62,382 nt of DNA. Origin: an uncultured Candidatus Saccharibacteria bacterium (lineage in GTDB: Bacteria; Patescibacteriota; Minisyncoccia; Portnoybacterales; UBA2143). Position 1 is the stretch's first letter, and each line of letters opens with the position of its first letter. The notes beneath the pieces are model-generated. The model saw only the letters and a program-made list of their open reading frames with translations, ran no database searches and was not told where the DNA came from. The position numbers were made by a program, and so were the translations under genes. Shown in pieces: positions 29,010 to 37,608 of this stretch. The stretch lies in contig CAZFBL010000002.1 in NCBI GenBank assembly GCA_964517275.1, positions 1 through 62,382 on the forward strand, given 5' to 3'.

Positions 29010-30743
29010 TTATCTTTCAAAATAATCCAAAAATTCTTTAAACGAACAAATATTCAAAATGTCCTTTTTAGTTGCCCAGCCGCGGCGGGCTTGAGCAATG
29101 CCTAATTCCATCATTGGCAAATGCTGCGGGCTATGAGCATCGGTGCCGATAGTCAGTTTAACCTCCGCTTGGACGGCCTGTCGGATATCAGTATCCTTTA
29201 AGTCCAGCCGGTCTAAATGGGCATTGATTTCCAAAGCGGTTTTGGCTTCCCTGGCCGCTTCAAAAACTTTATTGAAATCAAATTGATAAGCCTTCCTTTT
29301 CTGAAGAAGCCGACCGGTTGGATGAGCAATAACATCCAGGTGAGGATTTTTGATTGCCTGTAACAATCTTTTAGTCATATCCGTTTTGTTCATCTTAAAA
29401 CTGGAGTGAACCGCCCCTAAAACAACATCTAACTTGGCTAAGACCTCGTCCTTAATAGCTAAAGAACCATCATCTTTAATATCGACTTCACAGCCCTTGA
29501 GGATTTTTATCCCGCTTATTCGCTGGTTAACTTTATCAATTTCAGCCATTTGTTTCAAGAGGCGTTTCTCGTCCAAGCCATGAGCTATCTTCAAAAAGCC
29601 GGCGTGGTCAGTAATGATTACGTATTGATAACCTATTCTTTTAGCCGCCTTGGCCATTTGGGTAATCGTTTCAGAGCCGTCACTCCAGTCGGTATGACAA
29701 TGAGTTTCTCCTTTAATCTCATTGTAGCCAACTATTTTAGGCAACCTATCGGATTCGCCCTGAGCTTGCCGAAGGGCCGCTTCGAGCTCACCGCTATTGG
29801 TTCTTAATTCCGGTTCAATATATGGGAGGTCGATGGTTTGATAAATTTCCTTCTCGTTTTGACCAGCTATTCTCTTTTGACCTTTAAATATCCCGTATTC
29901 ATTCAATTTCAACCCTTTTTTAATAGCCAAGCGCCGGGTCAAAATATTATGGTCCTTGTTGCCGGTAAAATATTGGAGAGCCGCGCCAAAGCTTTCTTTT
30001 TTAATCACCCGTAAGTCACAATCGAAACCGCCTTTAAATCTGACTGACGAACGAGTTGGCCCTTTGGCCCAGATTTTAACTACTTCGGGCATCTGAACAA
30101 AAAAATCTATGACCTTAGCTGGTTTGGCCGAAGTAACCAAAATATCAATATCGCCAACCGTCTCTTTCATTCGCCTGACCGAACCAGCCACCTCAACTTT
30201 GTCTGTTTCGGGCAAATCTCTAAGCTGGCTGACCATTTTTCTAACAATCGGCAAGATTAAGCCGAGTAAAAATCTTCCTTTACTTGTTCTGACAAAAGCG
30301 ATACCTTGTAGAATATTTTTTTCACTTTTTTGGCCAAAGCCTTTCAATCTTCTTATCTTTCCCGCCTTAGCCGCCTTTTCTAAATCAACCAGATTCTTAA
30401 TCTTCAGTTTTTTGTAAAGAAACTTAATCTTTTGTGAACCCAAGCCCTCAACAGCTGTTAAAGATTCTAAATCAACCGGACATTCTTTTTTTAGTCTCTG
30501 ATAATCTTTAATTCGGCCGGTTTTAAGAAATTCTTCAATTCTTTTGGCAATGCCTTTACCTACTCCGGGAATTTCTTCCAAGGCGGCTAAGCCGCCGGAT
30601 TGATAAACCTGTTCAACGTCTTTTTCCAGGGATTCTAAAACGCGGGCTACTTTTTCAAAAGCCCGCGGCTCAAAAGAAACTCCCTTCATCTCTAACAAAT
30701 CAGCCATTTGATAAAAAATTTGGGACAGTTCTAAATTTTTCAT
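29010..30743 (-). CDS. polX: DNA polymerase X family with PHP domain
   Basis: HhH IPGVGKG, AGSVRRMKETVGDIDILV, DCDLR, YFTGNK; PHP motifs HCHTDWSDG, TDHA, AHP, GTDAH. Confidence 0.95.
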   Translation of the reverse strand: MKNLELSQIFYQMADLLEMKGVSFEPRAFEKVARVLESLEKDVEQVYQSGGLAALEEIPGVGKGIAKRIEEFLKTGRIKDYQRLKKECPVDLESLTAVEGLGSQKIKFLYKKLKIKNLVDLEKAAKAGKIRRLKGFGQKSEKNILQGIAFVRTSKGRFLLGLILPIVRKMVSQLRDLPETDKVEVAGSVRRMKETVGDIDILVTSAKPAKVIDFFVQMPEVVKIWAKGPTRSSVRFKGGFDCDLRVIKKESFGAALQYFTGNKDHNILTRRLAIKKGLKLNEYGIFKGQKRIAGQNEKEIYQTIDLPYIEPELRTNSGELEAALRQAQGESDRLPKIVGYNEIKGETHCHTDWSDGSETITQMAKAAKRIGYQYVIITDHAGFLKIAHGLDEKRLLKQMAEIDKVNQRISGIKILKGCEVDIKDDGSLAIKDEVLAKLDVVLGAVHSSFKMNKTDMTKRLLQAIKNPHLDVIAHPTGRLLQKRKAYQFDFNKVFEAAREAKTALEINAHLDRLDLKDTDIRQAVQAEVKLTIGTDAHSPQHLPMMELGIAQARRGWATKKDILNICSFKEFLDYFER

Positions 30744-30889
30744 TAACTTCTATTAATATTTATTTACCATAAAACCATAATCAAAACAGAAATTACCTCA
30801 AGTATTGTTCTTTTTGCGAAGCAAAAAGAACGGGCGGGGGGAGGGGCTGTGGTAGATAAAAAATTTGGGACAGTTCTAAATTTTTCATT
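30710..30889. repeat. Perfect 35-bp direct repeat (30710-30744 and 30855-30889) flanking a hairpin-bearing insert
   Basis: GATAAAAAATTTGGGACAGTTCTAAATTTTTCATT occurs twice and contains the first 11 codons of polX. Confidence 0.9.
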
Positions 30890-30891
30890 GG

Positions 30892-31536
30892 TTATTGTTT
30901 AGGCCGAGGCGGTTGAATGCTTTTAGCGACAATGATTTTAGCCGGCTCTTTGGTCTTGGGAACAACTTCTCTAAACATTAAAAAGGGCAGACCGGCACTG
31001 GCCAGAATAAAAATGCTGGTTCCGGCAAAAAGATAGGTAAAGCCAAAGCGATTAGCGATAATAGCGCCGACTGCTCCGGCCACACCCGCTCCCAGTCCTA
31101 TTAGAGCGCTCCGGACGCTCCAATCAAAGGCCTCGCGACCTTTATCAATGTGCCGGGTAAAAATAGCCGTATAGGCAGGCACGTTCATGGCCATGCCAAC
31201 AGCATAGACCACTTGAAGAAAATAAATGTGCCAAGGCAAACGGGAAAAAATATAGCCAAAGACGGCCACGGCGGCCAGCAAATTGCCGATAATAATAAAC
31301 CAGAAGTCGTCCTTTTCGCCGTGATTTTTGTCTAAATAGCGGCCACAAGGAATAACCAGCAAGGATTTGACTATCCAATAAATAGCGGCTGCATAGCCGG
31401 CTACTTCAATGTTGCCTCCCTGAATCTGGCCGGTTAAAAAAATAGCAAAAATAGGAGCAACCAAGCCGTCACCGATAATTAAATAAAAATCGGACAGGAT
31501 CAATATTTTGATTACTTTATTGATGGCTACCTTCAT
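30892..31536 (-). CDS. Half-size (6-TM) MFS-family membrane protein
   Basis: Motif-A-like GRYLDKNHGEK after TM2; six hydrophobic segments in 214 aa. Confidence 0.8.
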   Translation of the reverse strand: MKVAINKVIKILILSDFYLIIGDGLVAPIFAIFLTGQIQGGNIEVAGYAAAIYWIVKSLLVIPCGRYLDKNHGEKDDFWFIIIGNLLAAVAVFGYIFSRLPWHIYFLQVVYAVGMAMNVPAYTAIFTRHIDKGREAFDWSVRSALIGLGAGVAGAVGAIIANRFGFTYLFAGTSIFILASAGLPFLMFREVVPKTKEPAKIIVAKSIQPPRPKQ

Positions 31537-31571
31537 TGTCTTTATAATAACAAGATTGATTAAATAAAAAA

Positions 31572-31596
31572 AGGGTAATCCGCTAAGGATTACCCT
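31572..31596 (-). terminator. Intrinsic terminator
   Basis: AGGGTAATCC/GGATTACCCT stem with U tail on the minus strand. Confidence 0.7.
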
Positions 31597-31632
31597 GATG
31601 ACCGCCGGCCGGAGAATTTCATTCTACCTTCC

Positions 31633-31824
31633 CTATCTTTCCGGAGACCCGTCATCAATATTTTCCGGAAGCTCATCCCCATGATAAGCTAGTTCTCCGC
31701 AAAGAGGGCAAACCCCTATGTATCCCAGGCCACAAGTAATTAGATATGTTTCGACCTCTCGATGACAACTTTGGCAGACAATCGTCGCCTTTATTTCAAC
31801 CTGCCTAATCTTTAATTCTCCCAT
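31633..31824 (-). CDS. Small Zn-ribbon protein (CQSC...CPLC)
   Basis: 63 aa, strong SD AAAGGAGG, own terminator. Confidence 0.7.
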   Translation of the reverse strand: MGELKIRQVEIKATIVCQSCHREVETYLITCGLGYIGVCPLCGELAYHGDELPENIDDGSPER

Positions 31825-31874
31825 TTCTTCCCTCCTTTATCTTTGTTTTATTATATAAAATAATCTTAAAAATG

Positions 31875-32090
31875 TCAATCTGCCCAAGGATGACAAGTAG
31901 CAATTCTTTTTAATCCCAGCCAAAAACCTTTGAGAATTCCTTTCTCTGATATGGCTTGATAAGTATACTGAGAACAAGTCGGATAATGACGGCATTGGCC
32001 TAAAAGCCGGAGAATAGGAAAATAACCATGGTCCGGCGAAATAGTTTTTTGGTATATTTTAATTAAGGCAAGAATAAATTTCTTAAGCAT
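31875..32090 (-). CDS. yidD: Membrane protein insertion efficiency factor YidD
   Basis: IKIYQKTISP, CRHYPTCSQY, RIATCHPW. Confidence 0.92.
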   Translation of the reverse strand: MLKKFILALIKIYQKTISPDHGYFPILRLLGQCRHYPTCSQYTYQAISEKGILKGFWLGLKRIATCHPWAD

Positions 32091-32832
32091 TCAAATATTC
32101 CTTTATTTTTTGAGCGTTTTTGACGGCATAGCCGCCGGCATCATTATTGAAATAGACATAAACCCTTTTAGTCTTGGCCCATTTTTTTATCTTAACCGTC
32201 CAATTCTTTAATTCTTTATCAGTATAATCAGAAGAATAGAGAGATTGACTGCCATGGAGACGCAAATAAACAAAATCGGCCGTAAACACCGGACGTCTAA
32301 CAAATCTGTTAGACACCCAGTGTTTAACAGAAGGAGAATCAACCAGACACAGAGCGACGTTGTGTTTCTTGAATAATTGATAAATTTCTTGAGTAAACCA
32401 ACCGGGATGGCGAAATTCAAAAACATAACTATATTTTCCGGGCAAAATTTTTAAAAAATCTTCCAATCTTTGACAATTAACCGGCCAGTTGGCCGGAAAC
32501 TGGAACAAAATTGGACCCAATTTTTCTTTCAACTGGCTGGCCCGCTTAATAAAAACTCTCCAAGGCTGACGGCAGTCTTTTAATTTTTTGAGATGACTGA
32601 TATAACGACTGGCTTTTAGAGCGAAAATAAAATTGGGGGGAGTTTGTTGATACCAATCCTGGAAAGACTTAGCGGCCGGCAGACGATAAAAAGGATTATT
32701 CAGCTCAACCGTCCGGAAAAGCCGGCTGTAATACTTTAATTGTTCGGTTTTAGCCAAATCCGACGGATAAAAAACTCCTTTCTCCCAACAAGAATAAGAA
32801 AAGCCGCTGGTCCCAATGTATATTTTAGCCAT
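32083..32832 (-). CDS. DUF72 (UPF0759) family TIM-barrel protein
   Basis: IYIGTSGFSY, TVELNNPFY, LGPILFQFP, EFRHPGW, YLRLHG, YVYFNND. Confidence 0.92.
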   Translation of the reverse strand: MAKIYIGTSGFSYSCWEKGVFYPSDLAKTEQLKYYSRLFRTVELNNPFYRLPAAKSFQDWYQQTPPNFIFALKASRYISHLKKLKDCRQPWRVFIKRASQLKEKLGPILFQFPANWPVNCQRLEDFLKILPGKYSYVFEFRHPGWFTQEIYQLFKKHNVALCLVDSPSVKHWVSNRFVRRPVFTADFVYLRLHGSQSLYSSDYTDKELKNWTVKIKKWAKTKRVYVYFNNDAGGYAVKNAQKIKEYLNA

Positions 32833-32890
32833 ATTTCTAGTTTAACAAATAAATAAAAAAGAGGCCAAGTTCTTAAATAGAAAGAGAAAA

Positions 32891-32922
32891 GGCCTTTAGT
32901 TTTTAGAAAACAACTAAAGGCC
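32891..32922 (-). terminator. Terminator after the pyrB-like/Zn-finger pair
   Basis: GGCCTTTAGTT/AACTAAAGGCC stem plus U tail. Confidence 0.65.
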
Positions 32923-32925
32923 AGC

Positions 32926-33141
32926 TTATGGATATTTTTTTTTCAGGGCGTGAATTAAATTGCATTGATAAAAATAAGTCCCTGACTCTATCTCAAATTC
33001 TTTTTGGCAGTGGTTGCAAAAAAACACAATCATTTGCCGAGGAGGACTAGGCCTATTGATTACGTCTCTTATTCTCATAAAAGAGATGTATCTTCCCCGG
33101 CAATCAGGACAGCGGTAATCGCCGATTTCATTCCCAGCCAT
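32926..33141 (-). CDS. Small Zn-finger protein, possibly a PyrI-like Zn domain
   Basis: CPDC...CNHCQKEF; SD AAGGAGG; 15 bp downstream of the pyrB-like gene. Confidence 0.7.
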   Translation of the reverse strand: MAGNEIGDYRCPDCRGRYISFMRIRDVINRPSPPRQMIVFFCNHCQKEFEIESGTYFYQCNLIHALKKKYP

Positions 33142-33156
33142 TTCTCTCCTCCTTCT

Positions 33157-34176
33157 TTACAGAATCATTTTTAAGAGCGCCATCCGGACAAAGAGACTAT
33201 TCTGAATCTGCAGTTCAGAGTAAAGCGGAACTTTCTTAATATCCGGAAAGTCTCCTGGCCGGAAAGACAAATCCATAACCATTGACTCCTTGGGCAGCCT
33301 TTCCAGGACCTGGTCATTGACTGAATATTTATCCATCAATTCCTGATGTGAAAACATTTTATCCCTGACAACAAAGTTATCGCCGCCCAAGATTTTACCC
33401 GGAATCCGAGACTGATAGACCACCTGGACCTGGCCGGCTATCTCTCTCAAATCGTCAACTTCGATAAGCTGAGGGCCGTCCTTAGTCAAGTAATAATCCT
33501 TAATGTCCTGGCCCAGTTTCAAATTATCCGGCGCGACCGCGTATATTTTTACATTGTAATTAGCCAACAGATAACACAACGACCTGATTTCCCGATTGGT
33601 GAATAAATTGCCGGTCAAAGCTATCGACAAGCCGTCTATCTGTTTGAAAATATATCGAATTGTATAAAGGTCGGCAATCGCCTGGGTTGGGTGCTGATTG
33701 GCCCCATCGCCAGCGTTGATAACCGGCACATAGGAGACTTCCATAGCTCTCTTGGCTGCCCCGGCCAATGGATGACGCAAGACAATGACATCAGGCATAA
33801 ACAAACTTAACCCTCTTATTGTATCTTCCAGGGCTTTCTCCTTAGCCGTACTGGAAAATTCCTGCTCACCGCTAAATGAAGTGACCACCTTACCGCCGAG
33901 AGTACAGATGGCTATCTCAAAGGAAGCTCGGGTCCGGGTACTCGGCCGGTAAAAAACAGTAATCATATTCTTCCCTTTGACTTCTTTTTGCATCTCTGTC
34001 CTTATTCTCTTTCTTTTTTTTCTGTCTTCAGCCGAAAGAGCGCCTTCGGCTTCTTTTCTCTTCCAAATATCTTCTTGAACCATCCAGTTAGCCTTTTCGT
34101 CGGTCAATCCGAAAATTCGCTCAAGCGTCTCCGGGTCAAACTGCTGAGCCTCAATAATATGGCGCAATTCTTTCAT
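33157..34176 (-). CDS. Divergent aspartate carbamoyltransferase-like protein
   Basis: PSTRTRASFE, RHP, INAGDG, QHPTQAIADLYTI and RMALL retained; QKER and HPLP motifs missing. Confidence 0.85.
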   Translation of the reverse strand: MKELRHIIEAQQFDPETLERIFGLTDEKANWMVQEDIWKRKEAEGALSAEDRKKRKRIRTEMQKEVKGKNMITVFYRPSTRTRASFEIAICTLGGKVVTSFSGEQEFSSTAKEKALEDTIRGLSLFMPDVIVLRHPLAGAAKRAMEVSYVPVINAGDGANQHPTQAIADLYTIRYIFKQIDGLSIALTGNLFTNREIRSLCYLLANYNVKIYAVAPDNLKLGQDIKDYYLTKDGPQLIEVDDLREIAGQVQVVYQSRIPGKILGGDNFVVRDKMFSHQELMDKYSVNDQVLERLPKESMVMDLSFRPGDFPDIKKVPLYSELQIQNSLFVRMALLKMIL

Positions 34177-34232
34177 CTTCTCCTCCTCAAAAGATTTTAG
34201 TTCACAATTGACAAGGAACTTAAATTAACCAA

Positions 34233-34261
34233 AAAATAGCAAATTGATTAATAATTGTCAA
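34233..34261 (-). promoter_or_regulatory. Promoter for the pyrB-like operon
   Basis: TTGACA-N17-TATTTT with extended -10 TG. Confidence 0.55.
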
Positions 34262-34395
34262 GCGCCAGCCAGCTTAGTCGGTCAGTTGAGTTCATCTTGG
34301 CCAATTTAACTCTGACTGCAAAACAGACTAAACCAAAAAGCTACCGATTTAATCCCGACGATAGCTTATTCGTTTGCCTTAGTTTAATCAGATTT

Positions 34396-35982
34396 CTACT
34401 TCCTTTTAAAAACCTGGGCCGTAAAAATATAGATATCAACTTGGCCTTCTTTCCAGCAATCCCAGGGTAAGCCAGCTTTTTGAGAGCAAAGCTGGCCCAG
34501 AAAAGTTTCTAAATCCCAATTATTTTCAGTAGCTACCTGTGGCAGAAAAACCCCCGACCGCTGCCCTTGTCTGATTTGAACACCGTGTTTGCCCAATTCT
34601 ATCTGGCGCCAGTCGTCTATTTTCCGCAAAGGACTTAAAACCGAAATTTCATACTCCAGTTCATCCAGTTCGCCGGCCTGAACCGGGTAAAAACGATTAT
34701 CTTGACTGGCCGCGGCAACCGCCATTTGAGAAACAGTCTGATAAAGAGGAAGACTGGCTTGTTCGTCTTCAGAAGAAAAAAGACCGATACATCCTCTCAA
34801 CTGCCCATCTTTTTCTAAAGTGACAAAAGCGCCCAAGGATTTATTCAACAAAGAATCGTTAACCTCAAATTTAGGAATTTTACCTTCCAAAACATATTCC
34901 TCAACAGAACTCTCAGCGATTTCCAAGAGCTTATTTTTTTGTGTTCGGTTAAGCCTAATCTCCGAAGACGTCTTTGATTTTTCGGGCCAGCTAAAGCTGA
35001 TTGCTGAATAGCCAACCACTTGCGATTTACTCGCCTCGCTGCCAAGCGGGCCGCTGACCGCCACATCCCCGGAATTGGCATATTTTAAAAGCTTAATCTC
35101 ATCGGCTTTCTTTTCCTGAGCAATAGCCATTAAAACCTCTACCGCTTCTTGGCCGCATAAACAAGTATCTAAATCAGGAATATTCTCTTGAAATAATTGG
35201 TCAATCGTTTCTTCTAATTTAGAAAGCTGACCAGTCAAAATTGCCTCAATTACCTTTCCATCTGCCTGATTGGCCTGTTCATAAGCAGGATAATGAGACA
35301 TATCTGAACTGGCAATGACTAAAGTTTGTTCATCAAGATGTTTAACTAAACTCTGGCTGATTTCTTTCAAATCATCGTCAGTCAATTGATTGACTAAAAT
35401 AGGAAGTATCCGAAAATCATTAAGAACCGTCTGCAAAAAAGGGAGCATTACTTCTAAAGAATGTTCCGACTGATGAGGCACGGAATCCAATCCGAATAAA
35501 GAATTTTCTTTAACTAAAGTTTTGGCTAAATCGGTAGCCAAATCAACCTGACCTAAAGGTGTTTGCCAAATATCGCTCTCGTCAATAACCGCCCTACTTA
35601 AATATTGGTGATGACTTGGGCCAATCAGAATAACTTTTTTTACCGCCTGAGCTTGAATAGCCTTAAAGCCGTAAGCGGCCACCGGTCCCGAAAAGGGATA
35701 GCCGGCGTGAGGCAAAACTAAACCCCTTATCTTCGCACTCTGAGCGGAATCATCGGGCTGAGGCAATTCGGCTTCTCCTAAAAATCGACTAATCATTTGA
35801 GTCAGCTCTTCTTTATCAGACGGATAAAATTGACCAGCCACAGCCGGTTGACGAATAGTTTTTTCTTGAAATATTTTTGACATAGAACCAGTCTGATTGT
35901 TTTCGTCCGTCTCTCTCAAGAAAAAAGAGTAAGAAATTCCTCCAATTACGATAATCAAAATAAAGAGATAGAATTTCCTCAT
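34396..35982 (-). CDS. AmmeMemoRadiSam protein B (MEMO1-like) fused to protein A (AMMECR1), with an N-terminal TM anchor
   Basis: IRQPAVAGQFYP, PHAGYPFSG, GPSH, EHSLEV, SSDMSHY, CLCG; then GAFVTL, LRGCIG, EISVLSP, GKHGV, SGVFLPQVA. Confidence 0.92.
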   Translation of the reverse strand: MRKFYLFILIIVIGGISYSFFLRETDENNQTGSMSKIFQEKTIRQPAVAGQFYPSDKEELTQMISRFLGEAELPQPDDSAQSAKIRGLVLPHAGYPFSGPVAAYGFKAIQAQAVKKVILIGPSHHQYLSRAVIDESDIWQTPLGQVDLATDLAKTLVKENSLFGLDSVPHQSEHSLEVMLPFLQTVLNDFRILPILVNQLTDDDLKEISQSLVKHLDEQTLVIASSDMSHYPAYEQANQADGKVIEAILTGQLSKLEETIDQLFQENIPDLDTCLCGQEAVEVLMAIAQEKKADEIKLLKYANSGDVAVSGPLGSEASKSQVVGYSAISFSWPEKSKTSSEIRLNRTQKNKLLEIAESSVEEYVLEGKIPKFEVNDSLLNKSLGAFVTLEKDGQLRGCIGLFSSEDEQASLPLYQTVSQMAVAAASQDNRFYPVQAGELDELEYEISVLSPLRKIDDWRQIELGKHGVQIRQGQRSGVFLPQVATENNWDLETFLGQLCSQKAGLPWDCWKEGQVDIYIFTAQVFKRK

Positions 35983-36009
35983 CAGAAATTAGCAATTTAA
36001 ATATTTAAT

Positions 36010-37308
36010 CTAAAACAAGCTGGCTTGTTTGGAAAAATTGCCTCGCTCTTCGTCTTTAAAAATCTTAATTCGACCGTATTCACCGTCATAACCCGGTTCG
36101 ATCTGGACCTCTTTTTGACGAACCCTTTTAATCCCCTCGGCTAGCTCCGGCCGGCCAGACTGTTCGACTTGTTCCGGACTGACATTATAGAGTATTTCAA
36201 GCTCCGAGCCAAAACGTTTAATCATACTCTTGTATTCTTCCCGAACTAGCTTACTGCTAACTCCGACTCCTTTGGCTTCAGCGATAATTTCCTCCAAGGG
36301 AACAAATTTTTTGAAGGGAATAACTTGTTCTGGAGACTCGCTTTCCTGACGGTCGGCCAAATCGTCAATCCGATGGAGAACGCCGATGGTTAAAGGCTTA
36401 CCGCATTGAGGGCAAATATTCTTTAGCTTCTTGGCTTCTTGAGGGTTTAAACGAACCCGACAATTACGATGGCCATCGTAATGATACCTGCCTTCTTCAG
36501 GAAAAAATTCAATCGTCTCCAAGAACTTCTGTCGGTCTTTGCTTTTAATCGCCTGGACAATAGCTGGATAGCTTAATTCCGTCTCAAAAACATTGGCCTC
36601 CCGACCGATCCGGGTTGGACTGTGGGCGTCAGAATTGCTAACCAGAGTCAATCGGTCAAGAGCCGACCAACGCCAGTTCATAGCCGGGTCAGAGCTTAAT
36701 CCGGTCTCGCCGGCGTAAATATACTGGCTGTATTCTTCAAAACATTCTCTCAAAGAATCAAAACCGGAATTAGCTCCAAACAGAGAGAACCAAGGCGTCC
36801 AGATATGAGCCGGGATAATAAAGCAATTTTCAGAAGTATTTAAGACAATCTTAACTAATTCTTTGGCATCCAGGCCCAGAATCGGTCGGCCATCAGCTTT
36901 AAGGTTGCCTATCCAGCCCAGGCGAGCATTAATTTTTTCGACTGTTTGGAAATCGGGAGCAAGAACGACAATATGGACTTTGCGAGTCCGATTATTCTTG
37001 GAATAGATACAGCTAATCTCGCTGGTCAGCAAAAAACGGGTCCCCTTATCTTGATGACTGCTATTAGGCAACCAATCTTCGTTAGACAGACCGGCCTGAC
37101 TTTTCTTTTTAAACTTAAAAAGACCTGGTTCGGCTGGTTCAAGTCTTTCTTTAAGCTCCTTTAACCAAAGAGGGTGGGTGAAATCGCCGGTTCCTAAAAC
37201 CTTAACACCTTTAATCTTGGCCCATTTATCCATATTTTCCAGGTCCATGTCCCGGGAAGTGGCCCGCGAGTATTTGGAATGAATGTGTAGGTCGGCAGCA
37301 AAACGCAT
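36010..37308 (-). CDS. Endonuclease Q-family PHP-domain protein
   Basis: ADLHIHSKYSRATS, GTGDFTHP, PAHIWTPW, ETGLSSDP, NSDAHS, YHYDGHRNC...CPQCG, PGYDGEYG. Confidence 0.88.
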   Translation of the reverse strand: MRFAADLHIHSKYSRATSRDMDLENMDKWAKIKGVKVLGTGDFTHPLWLKELKERLEPAEPGLFKFKKKSQAGLSNEDWLPNSSHQDKGTRFLLTSEISCIYSKNNRTRKVHIVVLAPDFQTVEKINARLGWIGNLKADGRPILGLDAKELVKIVLNTSENCFIIPAHIWTPWFSLFGANSGFDSLRECFEEYSQYIYAGETGLSSDPAMNWRWSALDRLTLVSNSDAHSPTRIGREANVFETELSYPAIVQAIKSKDRQKFLETIEFFPEEGRYHYDGHRNCRVRLNPQEAKKLKNICPQCGKPLTIGVLHRIDDLADRQESESPEQVIPFKKFVPLEEIIAEAKGVGVSSKLVREEYKSMIKRFGSELEILYNVSPEQVEQSGRPELAEGIKRVRQKEVQIEPGYDGEYGRIKIFKDEERGNFSKQASLF

Positions 37309-37312
37309 AATT

Positions 37313-37594
37313 CTATTTAAATCTAAACCTCTTTCTTATAGCCAAGACAACTAACCCATATTTGTCTATCTGCTCCTTTTTATAAAATCTCTCTGTATCT
37401 TTTGTATTAAATTTATACAATACTTCACATTCTATCTGCCGACCGGTAAGTTCTTTCGCCTTTTGTTTCTGCTCTTTTAGGACGAGAGTATCGCCGGGCT
37501 TGCACTTAAAATCGGCTAAACGAACCTCAAAGCGCTTTTTACCCTCAATAATTGCCTTAAAATATTCTTGTTGAACCTTTTTCTCGATTTTCAT
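37313..37594 (-). CDS. ASCH/PUA-like DUF3850 domain protein
   Basis: YFKAIIEGKKRFEVRLADFKCKPGDTLVLKE; true ATG at 37594 (the track start lies inside the tRNA). Confidence 0.85.
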   Translation of the reverse strand: MKIEKKVQQEYFKAIIEGKKRFEVRLADFKCKPGDTLVLKEQKQKAKELTGRQIECEVLYKFNTKDTERFYKKEQIDKYGLVVLAIRKRFRFK

Positions 37595-37608
37595 AATAAA
37601 AAGACGGG

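Noticed and set aside
34255-34470. 71-aa ORF antisense to the AmmeMemo 3' end
   Set aside because: Overlaps a promoter and a real gene end; no SD or motif.
35733-35762. Possible repeat-derived DDSAQSAK segment in the MEMO domain
   Set aside because: Only a weak palindrome and a partial match to the CTCCGCTCAG motif; not supportable without an alignment.
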